This document shows positions 61,501-64,000 of a stretch of 64,000 nucleotides of DNA, in pieces (within the stretch, counting starts at the first letter, position 1; the number at the start of each line of letters is the position of its first letter). A program made the position numbers and the translations under genes. The stretch is from Bugula neritina (Eukaryota > Animalia > Bryozoa). The stretch is taken from the NCBI GenBank assembly GCA_964035545.1, contig OZ037766.1:3834722-3898721 (forward strand). The letters are read 5' to 3'. The notes beneath the pieces were generated by a model. It made no database searches. It was not told where the DNA came from and saw nothing but the letters and a program-made list of their open reading frames with translations.

Positions 61501-63240
61501 ATAATTATACTCTAATATGCACTTGCTCATCTCTTGTTAGAAATCATTAGTTGTCATTGTCTTGTATCAATCTGTAAGATTGGGTTTTGAGTGGCTTTTT
61601 ACCTTTAAACCTTTTAATTTATCTGATATATTCTTTTCTATTGTCTACTTTGCTAGCAACAAATTGTGAATATGTTGAAGTTTGCAACAGATAGAAAATT
61701 CTTACCAACTCACAGATCACCTAATCTCATAGGCTGCGTGTGGCTACCAATAACAATCTTTATTTTCTGTCTTATTTTTTATTTTCTTAATAGAAAATGC
61801 ATTGTGTTTACTAGAAGTATGCTACAGATATACTTTTCGCTGGTTGTATTTTCTAGCAGCTGTATATCATTTAGGAAATGCTTCAATATAATTTAAGATG
61901 TGCTTTCAACAGGAGCCTTTGGGGATAGATAATGTTGACCTTTGCTATTTTGATTCAAGTTTTTCGGTATTTGAAACGATGGTGTATCCTGTGATCGAAA
62001 GCAGCCTTATCGGTGTTATTCCGTTCTTTGTGTGGCTCTTTCTGGTGATTTATACAGCTAAAGAGTTCTGTGAGTATCTACATAATTGTATTTGTACTAT
62101 AAATTGAATTGCAGAACACTATAATTTTGCGCTAAATTGTATTAGATTATATTATTTTTCGCCAAAATGCATTGCAATGCATTATAATATTGTGCCAAAT
62201 TGCATTCCATTGGAGTATTATAATATTGTACTAAACTGTATTGCATTGGAATATAACATTTTATTAAACTGCATTGTATTGCAGTATAATATTGTATAAA
62301 GATGCATTATATCGCAGTATAATAATGCATTGAAGTATAATATTGGACTAAAAAGTATTGCATTGCTTTATAATACAGTGGCAAATTGTATTGCATTATT
62401 TTGTGTCAACATTCAAGTCAAATTGTGATGAATTATTTGCAATGTAATTTATAACTTTAAAGTAGAGAGTAGCCTAAAGTACTATAATTATTGTTCCTAT
62501 TCCATCTTGTGGTATTGCATATTACTTTGAAATTGTATTAAAATTTAATGCAGTTTAGTATATCACACTACCATAACATCCATTACCATAACATGCACTA
62601 TCATAACATCCACTACCACAACTACAGATGCCCAGGGATCAATGAGGCCAGGGGGTTTGCTAATTCCCACCCGACAGTATTGGAACATCAGTTATTCTAT
62701 GAGCACCATCTACCTAATGGGACACATACCCAGGTTGGTTTGGCAGATACAGAGATACGTCAATTACACAAGGAACGCTCAGCTAAACCCAGGTTAGTGT
62801 TCTATAACCTTACAAACTAAACAATATTATAGTTTGTTTATAGAACTCTGATTTATCAAGTATATTTTATATATGAAAAAAATGCAAACTTCGTTTTCAA
62901 AACTTCAAAACTACATTTCATGACTAGAATGCTTTCATTACTATATAACTTTATCTTTATGGACACACAATGCTGGATAAAATTAATTGGTATTTAGCAC
63001 TTAAATGGGACAGTACACCCTCTAAGTCTTAAGGTGTAAACATCAACGGTGAATAAGCCAGGCTTTAACTCCATATTTTCAGGAATCTCGACTTTGCTGA
63101 GGTTCCACACCGAGCTGATAGATGGAGACCCCTGGTGTAACCTCCCACAAGTTATCGTTATGGCTTTCAGGTGCATCGTGCTGCTGGCAGTCAGCAGTGC
63201 TTTCAGGTCAGCAGTTAAACTCTTCACATTCCAATTATGA
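58517..63240 (+). CDS. Divergent rhodopsin-family 7TM GPCR (7 exons: ~58517-58559, 58897-59026, 59416-59538, 59881-60118, 61913-62070, 62608-62792, 63083-63240)
   Basis: Seven hydrophobic segments in compatible phases: IIGTLGA, YLILAAIID, CRVY..NVW..MIELFVICVFP, TM4, VIPFF, IYLMGHIP, VSSAFRSA. Exon edges approximate. Confidence 0.75.
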
Positions 63241-64000
63241 GATTAAAAAATAAACTGCAGCCCTTTTTTCTAAAGATTGAATTTTTTTGTGGCTTCAATT
63301 CTCCCCTTTAGTCTATTTTGAAGCCTTTCGTTCGTTAGGTTCAATGCAAAGCTGTCTGTGCAGCAGTTAGTCTCCAGATTTCAATTAAACTGCCGTTTTT
63401 CAAATCAAATCTTACAGAATTTTGCTGCCTCAACCCCCCCCCCCTAAGTTTAATGAATGTTGCCCCAAAAATGGAATACAGAATGAAAAGAGAAAATTGC
63501 TTCAACAAAAAGAGAAATTGATGCAACCAACTTGATTAGTTTATTCCTAGGTTCAGGCACTACCACCAAAAAGTAAATTTGAGAATCGAAATTATGATCA
63601 AAAGATCAAAAGATTTTTAATTTAGGAAAATAAAAATCTAAACAATTTTTAATCCAAATTTAAAAACAATTTTAAGCTCCAGTAGCACAAGTAATTTGGA
63701 CTAGCTGCTAATATTAATTTAGCAAAGAGAAAATAATCTAAATCTACAACTGATCCCTTATTACATCTTAGAACAATAATTTAAACTTTTCCATCATTCC
63801 ATCTGCAGAGAAATGTTAAGAAATCAATTGGTTTCAAGACAGCAAACTCTTGCATGAAACTTTTTTCATGCCAAGGAGCTTGCATAAATCTGATAGCTAG
63901 ATTTGTGACAATTGCTATGAATTTTGCGACTTTTACAAAAAGTAATTCCTACTTCTCATATCTCACTACGGCCTCCTGCTAAATATTGTAGAAAAGAGCT

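Overview
AT-rich, intron-containing invertebrate-animal genomic DNA; the species cannot be identified from the sequence. The main feature is a complete, apparently intact 14,752-bp Polinton/Maverick (adintovirus-type endogenous virus) at 25939-40690. It has 578-bp TIRs and a 6-bp TSD (TCGGAG), and encodes pPolB, RVE integrase, packaging ATPase, major and minor capsid proteins, a maturation protease and four fibre-like genes. It sits in intron 1 of one copy of a tandemly amplified small transmembrane/PPPY gene. Unusual features of the element: (i) each end is a 101-nt fold-back hairpin with a GAA/TTC triloop; (ii) 15 of 16 ORFs start in an identical ATAAATG context (poxvirus-late-promoter-like), an AAAATTGA motif lies upstream of pPolB, and hairpins sit at the 3' ends of gene blocks, together suggesting transcription by a cytoplasmic large-DNA-virus helper (virophage-like lifestyle); (iii) a Zn-ribbon, a parvovirus-type PLA2, the integrase and a chromodomain form one ORF punctuated by putative protease sites. 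Host context: five paralogues of the small TM gene interleaved with two galactose-3-O-sulfotransferase-like genes and their relics, a 5'-truncated LINE, a decayed Academ-type transposon with two nested MITEs, tRNA-derived SINEs, microsatellites, the last three exons of RELCH (with a U12-type intron) and a divergent 7TM GPCR gene on the opposite strand. Family assignments come from motif recognition by eye; no searches were run.
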